Below, one piece after another: positions 29,975-40,092 of a stretch of DNA of 64,000 nucleotides. The stretch comes from an uncultured candidate division Zixibacteria bacterium. GTDB lineage: Bacteria > Zixibacteria > MSB-5A5 > GN15 > FEB-12. The notes beneath the pieces were generated by a model that was not told the origin of the DNA, searched no databases, and saw only the letters and a list, made by a program, of their open reading frames with translations. Each line of letters starts with the position of its first letter. Position 1 is the stretch's first letter. A program made the position numbers and the translations under genes. The stretch is from positions 736,001 to 800,000 of the forward strand of contig CAVTJJ010000004.1 of NCBI GenBank assembly GCA_963735035.1. The letters run 5' to 3'.

Positions 29975-32581
29975 ATGTCAAACGCGGACCGGGCGTATTT
30001 CTTGCGAGGCGCCATGACGTGGACACCGTCCAAAGGTTTCTTTGCGTTTGCCTGGTTATTGCTATTGGTGGTTCCCGCTCGATCATATTCCGTTGAAATC
30101 CAGAATCCTGATGTTCCAGACGATCCCAGGGAGTTGCCGTATCGGTTCGTAATCGAAAAATTCAGTCAGACTGAAGACGTCCCTGCATCCCGAGCAGAGC
30201 TGGTTGACATCGACGGCGATGGCTATGTCAACTATGTGTACCAGTACTGCGTTGCAATCGACAGTGGACATTACAAGGGGGCGGTCGTGGCTTCGCCCGA
30301 CTGGCAGGGAGCGGCTTACCCCTCCCAATACAACGGGCCGTACATGTCCGGATACGTGTGGTGGGCCAATACGATTGACGTTTGGGGCGGTCCCAACGAA
30401 GAAGTGATTCTGACCAAGAACCATCGGGACACAATTCTGCTCGAGATCATCTCGTTCGCGGCCGATTCAGGCGCGATGGCAATCGACACGGCCATAGTAA
30501 TCCCGGCCGCCATCGGGCGCCACCTTTCCGACGCCCAGTGGTGGCACTCGGTGCATGTTTACGCCCTTGTTGCCGTCGATCTCAACGGTGATGGCTGCCG
30601 TGATTTGATTTACTCTCGCCATGCCAAGCCGGATTCCTCAATCGAACGCGGCATGGTAGCCTGGGATTTCACCAAGAAGAAGCCACTCTGGTTCTTTCCG
30701 ACGGCGGATGGTGTCCCTGAGAATAGCATTGCGGTCATTCGCTCCCAGAAGAGTCAACCGGTGCTGGTAGCTGTTTCACAATCGAACTCCAATAGTTATT
30801 CCGCCAACGGCATGGACAGCAATCATAGTTATGTATTTGCCCTGGATTTTCAGGGACGGGAACTCTGGCGCTCTACTCTCGGTGGAGCGGGTTGGAGTTC
30901 GGTCGTCGCGGCTATGGATGTCGATAGTGACGGTTCGGACGAGGTCTGCGTAATGGGTCAGCCCGGTTTCCCCGACTTGTCAGCGGACACGCTCTTAAGA
31001 GCATACGATCCGTCAACCGGACGCACGGAATATTTCCTGCGGTCCTTGCCCGGGGTGACGGGATCAGCCGATCTCATTGTGCATAACCATGCCGCCGACA
31101 GCCCCGCTCTCTTTCTTACCGGATCGTTTCGCGACGGCGACTACATTTACCGTCTTGATCGAACTCTCACGCCGATCGCTGCGGTAAAGGGTTTCCGGCT
31201 GCACCGTCCCGCCTTCGTTGATCTCGATCAGGATGGCCACGATGAGCTTCTCTGTGCTTCGAAGTCGCAACGGTTATCAGTACTGAGTGACGGCTTTGAA
31301 TTGCTGGTAATGTACAGCCGTGACGACGGATTCCTTTCTGCCGGCATGACGCCTGAGGGACCTCGGGTGATGCTGGCACGAAACCCGCAGAACTTTGAGA
31401 TACTCAGCTATGCAGCGCAGCCACTGATGGTCCGCCTGTGGGCCGGCTATCGTTCTCCCATCGAGATAGTAATCGGGGCGCTGGCAATATTTCTGTTCAT
31501 ACGAGGCTTTAGCGCCCTGCGTCGCTGGCGTTTATCGGCGCTGGGCGTGCCTACTCTCAATCGCATCGACGCCATGGTTCTGCTTCTTGACGCCAGGGGC
31601 ACGATTCTATTTGCCAACCGCCACGGCCTGACCGAGCAACTCCTGGGGAAGAGCAATGGTCGCCGCGTTCACTATCTCAAGACCGGAATTGCCGCCCATA
31701 CCGAACTCAAAGAAGCTCTCGAACAATCGTTCGGTGATCCGATGGGTGTGCAGCAACATCTGGTGGAGTTCGGTGAGGCCTCGGCGCCGCGACGGCTGCA
31801 GGTTACTGTCTATCCTCATGTCGATTCGAACAACAGCTACCGAGGGAAGATTGTCGTATGCGAAGAACTCAGCGGAACACGTGCCCGTCAGTGGAAGCTG
31901 GTTCTCGGCGAGGCCGCCCAAAGATGGGTGCATCGGCTGAAACACAACATCGGTACCGCCAGAATGGTGCTCGGGAATATCGCCGATGACCAGGGCGTGG
32001 CTGAACGCCTGAGAGACTCGGCTGACCTTCGTTCTCAATGGGACGCGGCCGATCGACAGATTCTTGAGGGCAGCCGCACCGCTACCCGCATTCTGAGATT
32101 TCTCGCCAACCCGTTACCAAGCAAGACAGCATGTGATCTCAACAATCTGGTTCAGATGGCCCTCGACTCACGCCGCGCAGGCCGGTCTGATAGACTCCAA
32201 GTCTCATTTCTGAGACAGGATGGTCTCCCGGCCGTCAAATTGGATCGCGATCAGATCCTCGAAGTCATCGATAACCTGTTGTCCAACGCCGAGGAAGCTA
32301 TTGTTGAAGAGGGCCGAATTACGGTTCGCACCCAACTGGCAGACGATTTGCGAGACGGCGAGCGGCCCTCGGCCGTGCACATCACTGTCGAGGACACCGG
32401 CTGCGGAATCGCAGAAGAAGATCTGCCGCGCATATTCGAACCCGGTTTCAGTCGATCTCCGGGTGGATCGGGCATCGGATTGCCACTGGTTCGAGAAATT
32501 GTCGAAAACCACGGCGGCACTGTTGCCGCTGAGAGCCAGACAGATCATGGCAGCCGGTTCATTGTAACTCTACCCCTGTAG
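29975..32581 (+). CDS. Sensor histidine kinase with extracellular VCBS/FG-GAP propeller domain
   Basis: DIDGDG, DLNGDG, DLDQDG repeats; TM; H-box VHRLKH; NLLSNA, DTGCG, GSGIGL. Confidence 0.88.
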   Translation: MSNADRAYFLRGAMTWTPSKGFFAFAWLLLLVVPARSYSVEIQNPDVPDDPRELPYRFVIEKFSQTEDVPASRAELVDIDGDGYVNYVYQYCVAIDSGHYKGAVVASPDWQGAAYPSQYNGPYMSGYVWWANTIDVWGGPNEEVILTKNHRDTILLEIISFAADSGAMAIDTAIVIPAAIGRHLSDAQWWHSVHVYALVAVDLNGDGCRDLIYSRHAKPDSSIERGMVAWDFTKKKPLWFFPTADGVPENSIAVIRSQKSQPVLVAVSQSNSNSYSANGMDSNHSYVFALDFQGRELWRSTLGGAGWSSVVAAMDVDSDGSDEVCVMGQPGFPDLSADTLLRAYDPSTGRTEYFLRSLPGVTGSADLIVHNHAADSPALFLTGSFRDGDYIYRLDRTLTPIAAVKGFRLHRPAFVDLDQDGHDELLCASKSQRLSVLSDGFELLVMYSRDDGFLSAGMTPEGPRVMLARNPQNFEILSYAAQPLMVRLWAGYRSPIEIVIGALAIFLFIRGFSALRRWRLSALGVPTLNRIDAMVLLLDARGTILFANRHGLTEQLLGKSNGRRVHYLKTGIAAHTELKEALEQSFGDPMGVQQHLVEFGEASAPRRLQVTVYPHVDSNNSYRGKIVVCEELSGTRARQWKLVLGEAAQRWVHRLKHNIGTARMVLGNIADDQGVAERLRDSADLRSQWDAADRQILEGSRTATRILRFLANPLPSKTACDLNNLVQMALDSRRAGRSDRLQVSFLRQDGLPAVKLDRDQILEVIDNLLSNAEEAIVEEGRITVRTQLADDLRDGERPSAVHITVEDTGCGIAEEDLPRIFEPGFSRSPGGSGIGLPLVREIVENHGGTVAAESQTDHGSRFIVTLPL

Positions 32582-33991
32582 GTGGTCGCAGTTATGCCGG
32601 AAACAACACAACCATCGGTCGGCCCGCTCATTCTTGTGGCAGATGACGAAGCGTCATTTCGGGACGCTTTCCGTCAGATGCTCGCTTCAAGGAATTACCG
32701 AACCCAGGGCGTTGGCACCCCCGAAGAAGTCCTCTCGGCGGTTAGAACCGGTCTTTTCAATGTCGTCACTCTCGACCTCGAATGGTTGGCGGCTGGACAA
32801 AGCGGAGTCGACATCCTCAAGAAGATCCGGGAAATCGACCCCCTCCTTCCCGTGATCATGATAACCGGGCATGCGACTCTGAGCAGTGCTATCGAAGCCA
32901 CCCGGCTGGGAGCTTTTGACTATCTCGAAAAGATCACCGAGCGGGAAAAAACTCTCCTCACCATTCGCAACGCGGTCGAAGCGGGACGGCTCCGTCACAA
33001 CGTGAAGACCATGCTCGACGGATTACGAAACGAATGGCAATTGGTAGGGGTCAGCAAGGCCATCCAGGAAGTGCGTGATACTATCAGTCGCGTAGCACCC
33101 AAAGTCACAGGCGTCCTGATTGAAGGCGAGAGCGGTACCGGTAAAGAATTGGCGGCTCGACTGATTCACCTGGAGAGCGCCCGAAGCGCCGGCCCGTTCA
33201 AAGTAATACACGGCTCCGAATTGGGCGAGTACTTGGGACAGGATATTCTATTCGGCCACGCCAAAGGAGCGTTTACCGGAGCCGCCGGCTCCCGCGCCGG
33301 TCTCATCGAATCGGCGGCGGGGGGGACACTGTTTCTCGATGATATCAACGACCTGCCCCCGGCGGTGCAACCGCAACTGCTTCGTCTACTCCAGACCGGT
33401 GACTATATGCCACTCGGTTCAGACGAACGTCAACAGGCCGATGTCCGCTTCGTCGCCGGGAGCAATAAGCGGATCGCCGACCTGGTACAACAGGGGAAAT
33501 TCCGCGAAGACCTCTTCTACCGACTCAATGTTGTTACCATAGTCATGCCACCACTGCGAGACCGTAAGGAAGACATCCCGATCCTGGCGCAACATATTCT
33601 GGATCGGCATTCGCATCGCCTGCTCGGACGCCAGGTGAAAGCCGAGCCAGGTTGGATCGATCCGCTTCTCAACCAGGGCTGGCCGGGGAATGTCCGCGAA
33701 CTCGAGAATCGCCTCATCGCCGTTATGTCTTATTTGAAACCTGACGAATCAATTGATCGGGCCAAAGTCCAGGCCGCCCTTACAACTCAGGCGAGACCGA
33801 CCGCGAACTCGGCCGGGAGCCTCAAAGATATGGAGGCTTCGTTTCGGCGTGAGTGTCTGATTCGGGCTTTGGCTAGTGCTGAAGGTTGTGTGACGGTGGC
33901 GGCGGAAAAGCTGGGGATAGATCGCTCGCATCTATACCGATTGATTAACGAATTCAACCTCATGCAGTATGTCCGGCAACTGACGACTTAG
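32582..33991 (+). CDS. Sigma-54-dependent response regulator (NtrC family)
   Basis: Receiver domain, GESGTGKE, GAFTGA, FREDLFYRL, WPGNVRELEN, Fis-type HTH. Confidence 0.93.
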   Translation: MVAVMPETTQPSVGPLILVADDEASFRDAFRQMLASRNYRTQGVGTPEEVLSAVRTGLFNVVTLDLEWLAAGQSGVDILKKIREIDPLLPVIMITGHATLSSAIEATRLGAFDYLEKITEREKTLLTIRNAVEAGRLRHNVKTMLDGLRNEWQLVGVSKAIQEVRDTISRVAPKVTGVLIEGESGTGKELAARLIHLESARSAGPFKVIHGSELGEYLGQDILFGHAKGAFTGAAGSRAGLIESAAGGTLFLDDINDLPPAVQPQLLRLLQTGDYMPLGSDERQQADVRFVAGSNKRIADLVQQGKFREDLFYRLNVVTIVMPPLRDRKEDIPILAQHILDRHSHRLLGRQVKAEPGWIDPLLNQGWPGNVRELENRLIAVMSYLKPDESIDRAKVQAALTTQARPTANSAGSLKDMEASFRRECLIRALASAEGCVTVAAEKLGIDRSHLYRLINEFNLMQYVRQLTT

Positions 33992-34030
33992 TCAGTCTGC
34001 AACTCCGCAGTCACCTCACAGCGAAGCATC

Positions 34031-34081
34031 TGTCTCATTCCTGCCACAAACACCCCGCATATCTGTCTCATTTCTGCCACA
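34031..34081. promoter_or_regulatory. Tandem enhancer-like sites TGTCTCA-N4-TGCCACA
   Basis: Two copies at 34031-34048 and 34064-34081, 33-bp period. Confidence 0.65.
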
Positions 34082-34152
34082 GGGCCTGTCACGTAGCGTC
34101 GTAACACCAGGGTAACTTGATGTCTGCTATGGAATTGCTAGTAGACGATTAC

Positions 34153-34169
34153 TTGGTATGACGATTGCA
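34153..34169 (+). promoter_or_regulatory. Sigma-54 -24/-12 promoter
   Basis: TTGGTATGACGATTGCA with exact GG-N10-GC spacing. Confidence 0.7.
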
Positions 34170-34346
34170 GTGCAGTGAATTTGACAGGGGATGCTCGATG
34201 TCGAGACTCTTGTTGTGTCTCGTTTCAGGCGCCGGTAGGACAGTTGAAGCTCTTGCCGGCGCTGATTTGTTTGGGGAAAATGACCCGGTCCAGAGGCTTC
34301 AGCCTACGCATTGGCATGTGCTATATATAGTTCCAGTATCACAAGT

Positions 34347-34394
34347 AATTTTACCCGGAAGATATTGACAATCGTATTTCACCCGGGTATATTA
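34347..34394 (+). promoter_or_regulatory. Sigma-70 promoter overlapped by two ACCCGG-centred palindromic sites
   Basis: TTGACA (34365)-N17-TATATT (34388); ttttacccggaagat and ttcacccgggtatat. Confidence 0.65.
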
Positions 34395-34432
34395 GTGTCC
34401 TGACGTCAGGTTTCGGTTTTCAAGATTGATTC

Positions 34433-35080
34433 TTGGATCCGACGACTGACCAAACGTGCGAGGAACTGATTTTGGAAAACAGCTCGACATATGCGGCCTT
34501 TGCCGGTGACCGACTCATCGCATCGGGTGATCTCAGGGATGTCTTATTGAAGGTGAAAACGTTCTTGGATGAAGATAACGAAAAACAAGTTTTGATCTTC
34601 GAGGATTCGAGTGGGAAGCAGATCGACTTCGATTTCCGGGGCACACCTGAAAAGGTTCTTGAGCGACTATTGTCCCATCCCCATCTTGTCAGTGGAGTCG
34701 CGCCCGCTAAGCCAAGAACTGGTCCGGGGCGACCGAAACTGGGAGTGGTTTGTCGTGAAGTATCATTGTTGCCTCGTCATTGGGAATGGCTCCAGCAACA
34801 GCCGAGCGGAGCGTCGGCGGCGCTTCGACGGCTGACCGAGGCGGCGATGAAGCGCACCGACAGCAATGGGTCGACTCGATTAGCGCAAGAAGCGGCGGGC
34901 AAATTCATGTGGGCGATGGCAGGTAACCTGCCCGGTTTTGAGGAAGCGTCGCGGGCCCTTTACGCGGGAGATCGCGAGCGACTCGATTCAACGATGCAAG
35001 GGTGGCCGAATGATATCCGCGAGCATGTCAGAAGGTTGTTAGTTCGGCCAGATCGCTCGGAATTTCGACAGGGGGAGTGA
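34433..35080 (+). CDS. DUF2239 family protein
   Basis: GRPKLGVVCREVSLLPRHWEWL, GASAALRRL, AGNLPGFEEASRAL. Confidence 0.88.
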   Translation: MDPTTDQTCEELILENSSTYAAFAGDRLIASGDLRDVLLKVKTFLDEDNEKQVLIFEDSSGKQIDFDFRGTPEKVLERLLSHPHLVSGVAPAKPRTGPGRPKLGVVCREVSLLPRHWEWLQQQPSGASAALRRLTEAAMKRTDSNGSTRLAQEAAGKFMWAMAGNLPGFEEASRALYAGDRERLDSTMQGWPNDIREHVRRLLVRPDRSEFRQGE

Positions 35081-35179
35081 TTTATGCAGTTAAGCTCCCG
35101 CGGCTGGACGTTAACAGAACTTTTACGGCGCTCATCAATTACCTGAAGACAGCTGCATGATCCCACGCCTCTGGCTACC

Positions 35180-35335
35180 ACCGGAACCCCAGCCGTTTCG
35201 GGCGTCTCGATAGGCCGAGGCGAGTTTCTGGCCCAGACCGTAGACGTGGTTGCGAGCCTCTTTGCTGCCGAGCTTCTCGTAAACGATCTTGTCGCGGGAC
35301 CAGTAGTAGTAATTCCGGGTTAGCGTGCCATTGCC
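35180..35335 (-). pseudogene. Rhs core fragment (cassette 4, no toxin tip)
   Basis: YYYWSRDKIVYEKLGSKEARNHVYGLGQKLASAYRDARNGWGSGG; near-identical to 38700-38824. Confidence 0.75.
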
Positions 35336-35944
35336 AGAGAATCGTACGCCCAGTCCACATCATCGATCTCACGCAACCCTGTGGGTCTTTCAGGTTGCAC
35401 ATCATTCAACACGTTGAGCACCTACAATCTGGAGGATCACGGAAAGATCTCGGGCTAATTCTGTCATCTTTCCAGCACCGAAATCCAGTTCGTAAATGAC
35501 CGTTTGAAAGTCATAATCCATGCCACGGTTTAGTTCTGGAAGATCGGTTTGCAGAGTTAGATTGAAGCAACAGAGCTTTCAACCACGGCAAGCAGACTAT
35601 CGATTTCGGGTATCTCCTGCCAATTCACTGGTAATGTATCGAGCGGAGGGAACGCTGCACTTGTGTCCCAGTCATTGCACCAGTAATAGCGTACTATATC
35701 ATGATACGGCTCCCTAAGATTCCGAGTACTTCCATTGCGCGTATCATAGCACGTCACTTTGATGCAACCACGCCCTGCGCCTTTCCATCCTGTGTCCGCA
35801 TCTTCCAGGTACTTGATTATGTAGGCATTATGTTCTTCCTGTGCCTGGCAACCGAACGCCAGACAAGTCATCAACAGACCAAGTGTTAACGAACAGGATC
35901 TAGTAAACTCGAAGACTCTTGAACCATCTTAACCGGATGAGCAT
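35320..35944 (-). pseudogene. Putative lipoprotein immunity gene for cassette 3, apparently frameshifted (longest open part 35557-35874)
   Basis: RBS and ATG at 35944; removing one T joins it to LMTCLAFGC lipobox; 3' end uncertain. Confidence 0.45.
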
Positions 35945-36012
35945 GTTTGCACTTCCTATCTATAAAGGTGACACGCTTCAACGCAGCTGAGCCACCACAA
36001 CTTCTCCGCAAA

Positions 36013-37002
36013 TTAGAGGCCCATCAATCTCTTATAAGCCCCGTCTGGCCATATGCCATACTCGTTTGTGCGATACGATTGGCTAGGAACGCCGTCTCTA
36101 TTCCATCTCACAGCCAATTCCATAGGCGTGTTGGCTATCCCCCCGTAGTCTCTCGCTGGTCTTGGTCCGGAATACCCACCTGCATCAAGGTCCTGCATAA
36201 CGGCGTCTACACAGTTATTATCAAGTGAATAGGAGCCATCACTAGTAAAGTCTGCCACTGCATCGGCAACATCCAACATATTGCCAGTACCACCGAAGTA
36301 TCCAGTAACATCGTATGCACAAAAGGAATCATACGTCTGGAGGTCCTGACGGTATGTGTGCTCACCCGTATCGCCTTTCCACTTACTTTCGTATACACCC
36401 TCCGTGGTTCCGTCCTCCCAGACAAGACTTACCTCTATTGACATATGACCTGCTGTAGTCCCATCATCTACGCCATTGAGGTTGCATGCGTCCAGTCCCC
36501 ATACGAACACCTCTACTTTGATATCTGCTCCCAGAGCAATTGCACACTCCCACTTTTCACGGCGCTCCTGTCTATCCTGCTCTCTGTTCAGATCCTCATT
36601 TAAAGGATTCCAACCTGAGCCGTCCCCACAGTAGTTGGGTGAAAACGGATCATGATCGTCCAAATCTCCCATGGTGACATTCGGTGAATGAATCGATGAT
36701 ATGTCAAATAATGGTGGCGGTGGCGGTATGCACGCCATCCCGCTCGGGTCGTACAGCATGATCGGGTTGCCCTCGCCATACGAATACGCCGACGCACTCG
36801 CCAAAATCGGGTCAGGGGAGAAGAATCGGCCTAACACCGCATTGTAATACCTCGGCCCGAAATCCAGCATCCCGACCCCGGGGTCTTCCTTGCCCAGGAA
36901 CGTGTACACACTGCCACCGCCCGACATCGAATACACCTCGCCGTACGGATAGTACTCGATACGCGCCAGCACCGCCGTCTCGCTCATCCCGACCCGCACC
37001 GA
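36013..37002 (-). CDS. Orphan Rhs C-terminal cassette 3 with papain-like tip
   Basis: YYPYGE, FLGKE, FGPRYYNAVLGRFFSPDP, YSYGEGNPIMLYDPSG; tip GHMSI...YSLDNNCVDAV. Confidence 0.8.
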   Translation of the reverse strand, partial: SVRVGMSETAVLARIEYYPYGEVYSMSGGGSVYTFLGKEDPGVGMLDFGPRYYNAVLGRFFSPDPILASASAYSYGEGNPIMLYDPSGMACIPPPPPLFDISSIHSPNVTMGDLDDHDPFSPNYCGDGSGWNPLNEDLNREQDRQERREKWECAIALGADIKVEVFVWGLDACNLNGVDDGTTAGHMSIEVSLVWEDGTTEGVYESKWKGDTGEHTYRQDLQTYDSFCAYDVTGYFGGTGNMLDVADAVADFTSDGSYSLDNNCVDAVMQDLDAGGYSGPRPARDYGGIANTPMELAVRWNRDGVPSQSYRTNEYGIWPDGAYKRLMGL

Positions 37003-37015
37003 GAGCGGGTACCTA

Positions 37016-37438
37016 TTACCTATGGTGCCTCCAGAACAAGAAACAGCCGTATACTAGAACGCTCAAGCCCGCCAGAGCATATGCGGTTTCAATAATCGGC
37101 CATTCGATTTGACTTCTCCTAACCAGCTCCTCAACCAGTGTGATGGCACTTATTAAGGAAATGGTCATAGTCAAAGCCAACAGTGACAGGTATAGTCTAG
37201 TCGGTTTGTTCTGACTACAATTTGAGGAAGATCGCGCCAATCGCTTGCTGCAGTATGTTACTACTAAACCTATTGTCGCAATCAGTATGACCAGCAAGAT
37301 TACAATTGTAGCAATCAATGGAGTAGAGGTTGATTCGCACCACGAAGTGATTCCGAAAGGCCAAATCAGCCCGATCAGCCAAATTGAGATCACGGTTAGC
37401 ACCAGGGTTGTGCTCCAGATATGCCTATAAGTGAGCAT
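37016..37438 (-). CDS. Putative 4-TM immunity protein for cassette 2
   Basis: Four hydrophobic segments; RBS AAGGA; directly after the toxin tip. Confidence 0.65.
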   Translation of the reverse strand: MLTYRHIWSTTLVLTVISIWLIGLIWPFGITSWCESTSTPLIATIVILLVILIATIGLVVTYCSKRLARSSSNCSQNKPTRLYLSLLALTMTISLISAITLVEELVRRSQIEWPIIETAYALAGLSVLVYGCFLFWRHHR

Positions 37439-37463
37439 TGCGAGTCCTTTTCATTTGGTAATA

Positions 37464-38830
37464 CTACTTCCCGGTCATAGGATTGTTCATCCAGTCATTG
37501 CCAATATGTGGGGCTTCAATGTAATAGAAGAAGATGAAATCTACAGCTGCAGGGTAGAGGTAGTCATCATAGAGTTGTGACGGCCGCAGCTGGTAAGTGC
37601 CGTATGTCACGAGCGCAGTACTCATAAATGGTGCCGTTACGCTACATTCTGCACCGGCAAGCGCCGTCAACGATCCCGCAGTCACTTGAGCAATACATGC
37701 AACAAGTCTAATTGTGCCCCAGCTCCTCCGGGCTCCATCCTGTCCGTTGCGAGCTTAGCGAGCCATTTGACTCCAGATGCAATTTGTCGAGGCCCCAGGC
37801 CAGCCTGAACTTCACTAGAACCACTACCATTCACGCCCTCTGGTGCACCATATTCCATTAGCATGGTTCCCCCACCGGGCCTCTTGATACCTGCGAAGGG
37901 ACCTAACGGACCCGAGCCGCCAGGTCCATTATTGGGCTGAGGAATTCCACCGTTGCCGTTTCTCTGTTGCTGTGTGGCCGCCTGCCTCGCTCGTTGCTCC
38001 GCCCCGTAGCTCAAGGCTTTTTGAGCCGTTGCCTCCGACTCCCGTCTCCTAAACTCGTAATCGGCTCGCATACAGGCAAGATCATCTCTCCTCTTAGCCG
38101 CCCGATAAGCATCCGAGCCGCTCGGAAGAGCCTCAAGCAAGGCTGACGGTGAATAGTCGCCAATCGCGACAATGGAGCCATCCACCATGTACGTGCCGGG
38201 CCCCAAGACTGCTTCATCAGCGTGGCCCGTAGCAGCCAACCTCGCAAGGTAATCCGGGCTGTCGTAAGTTGGTGGTGGCGGCGGCACGTAGTACATCCCC
38301 GTCGGGTCATACAACATCACTGGGTTACCAGCAGCATAGGAATACGGAGAATCACCAAACAAAATCGGGTCAGGGGAGAAGAATCGACCTAACACCGCAT
38401 TGTAATACCTCGGCCCGAAATCCAGCATCCCGACCCCGGGGTCTTCCTTGCCCAGGAACGTGTACACACTGCCGCCGCCCGACATCGAAAACACCTCGCC
38501 GTAAGGATAGTACTCGATCCGCGCCAGAACCGCCGTCTCGCTCATCCCGACCCGCACCGATCCATACTGATCATTAACATAATACGTCATTTGCGTATAG
38601 CAAGAGTCTTGTAGCGGCGGGTCTTCGGGGGGATCGGTCTCCGAGCCGGTGGTATCACCCGGGTCCTGGTCCATCATCATCATCATCATCATGCCACCGC
38701 CACCGGAACCCCAACCGTTTCGGGCGTCTCGATAGGCCGAGGCCAGTTTCTGGCCCAGACCGTAGATGTGGTTGCGGGCCTCATTGCTGCCGAGCTTCTC
38801 GTAGACAATCTTGTCGCCGGACCAATAGAA
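37464..38830 (-). pseudogene. Orphan Rhs C-terminal cassette 2 with hydrophobic tip, split near 37685-37740
   Basis: YYVNDQYGSVR...PDPI...YAAGNPVMLYDPTG; frame is open upstream of the Met run to about 38850; tip continues in ORF 37464-37685. Confidence 0.75.
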
Positions 38831-39007
38831 GCTCTGAGTTGTGAAAACGTCTTTTCAAATCCCCCGGACTTTGGCGTGACCAGCGCAATCGAGGCTCAAT
38901 CATCGTACATGTACCATTTTCCAGCAACCGATATATCACCACGCCCAAGCGCGAACAGGACGGGTCCGATATATAGGAGTGACCAGCTTGTTACAGCGCA
39001 AGGGCTT

Positions 39008-39256
39008 TCAGTCGTTCTGGGTTGACTTCATCTTGCGCCGCAAGGAATAGATCGAAAATATGATCGTAGCAACCGCAGTTATCCATCCGATCACATGAAA
39101 GACCTCCCATACTGACGCAAAGCCCGGAAGCCATTTATCTAATAATGTCACAGGATCCTCTATAAAGAACTCAAGCGCAATTACCGTGAGTGCCGTCAGC
39201 GCAATGGCGCCATACACCACCACAAAAAGAGAGCGAGCGAAGGATTTGAAAGACAT
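39008..39256 (-). CDS. Putative 2-TM immunity protein for cassette 1
   Basis: Two hydrophobic helices; RBS AAGGAG; directly after the toxin tip. Confidence 0.65.
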   Translation of the reverse strand: MSFKSFARSLFVVVYGAIALTALTVIALEFFIEDPVTLLDKWLPGFASVWEVFHVIGWITAVATIIFSIYSLRRKMKSTQND

Positions 39257-39280
39257 ACCAGAGAGCTCCTTCTGAAAGTG

Positions 39281-40089
39281 TCACGGATAGGTTGGCAATA
39301 TGTCCTGAGGCCCATAAGGTGCAAAACCCGTACTCGTTCCGGAACGCATCATATAAATGCGATTTGCCTCAGTCAAGCTTTCCCAAGCTTTCGCATAATG
39401 ATAACCTGCTTGATATGCGAGACCATTGGCAGGACCAGCCCAATTAGTCACAGACACAATTGCGCCAACAGTAGTAACGCCACTAAAGATCGGCCCGACG
39501 ACAGCAATGGTAGCGGCAAGAGTGTAACAGTTTGCCACAAAACCGTGCGCCTCTGCGGAGGCAAGTAATAGCCCGGCCTTGAGATTAGAATCGGTCATAC
39601 CGGAAATCTTCTCGTTGCTAGGTCAGGTAGAAGCTCACTTACCTTATTGGCCCAATACGCAAAATCGAAGTCCCCACCGGCACTCGCCTGATCTTCAATC
39701 TTATTCAGAGTCTCCGCTACCTCCGGTATACCTGCCAAGAAGCACGCTGTTTCCCTCCTCTCGCGTCGATTCTGGTCAGCCTGCTCTCTGTTCAAGTCGT
39801 TGTTGTACGCGATCCCGCTTGAGCCGTCCCCAGAGTAGTTGGGTGAAAACGGATCAGAGTCGTCCAAATCTCCCATGGTGGCATTCGGTGAATGAATCGA
39901 CGATACGTCAAATAATGGCGGAGGCAGCGGTACGCTTTCCATCCCGCTCGGGTCGTACAGCATGATCGGGTTGCCTTCGCCATACGAATATGCCGACGCA
40001 CTTGCCAAAATCGGGTCAGGGGAGAAGAATCGACCTAACACCGCATTGTAATACCTCGGCCCGAAATCCAGCATCCCGACTCCGGGGTC
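39281..40089 (-). pseudogene. Orphan Rhs C-terminal cassette 1 with hydrophobic tip, split near 39598-39620
   Basis: DPGVGMLDFGPRYYN...YDPSG begins at the tRNA 3' end; tip continues in ORF 39281-39598. Confidence 0.75.
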
Positions 40090-40092
40090 TAG

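Noticed and set aside
34028..34081. CRISPR array (also considered at 9250-9406)
   Set aside because: Only two copies each, wrong spacing, and no cas genes
34311..34327. Second sigma-54 promoter (TTGGCATG...)
   Set aside because: No GC at the -12 position
35180..40090. Diversity-generating retroelement (TR/VR-like repeat pairs)
   Set aside because: Differences between copies are mostly synonymous and not adenine-specific; no reverse transcriptase in the window
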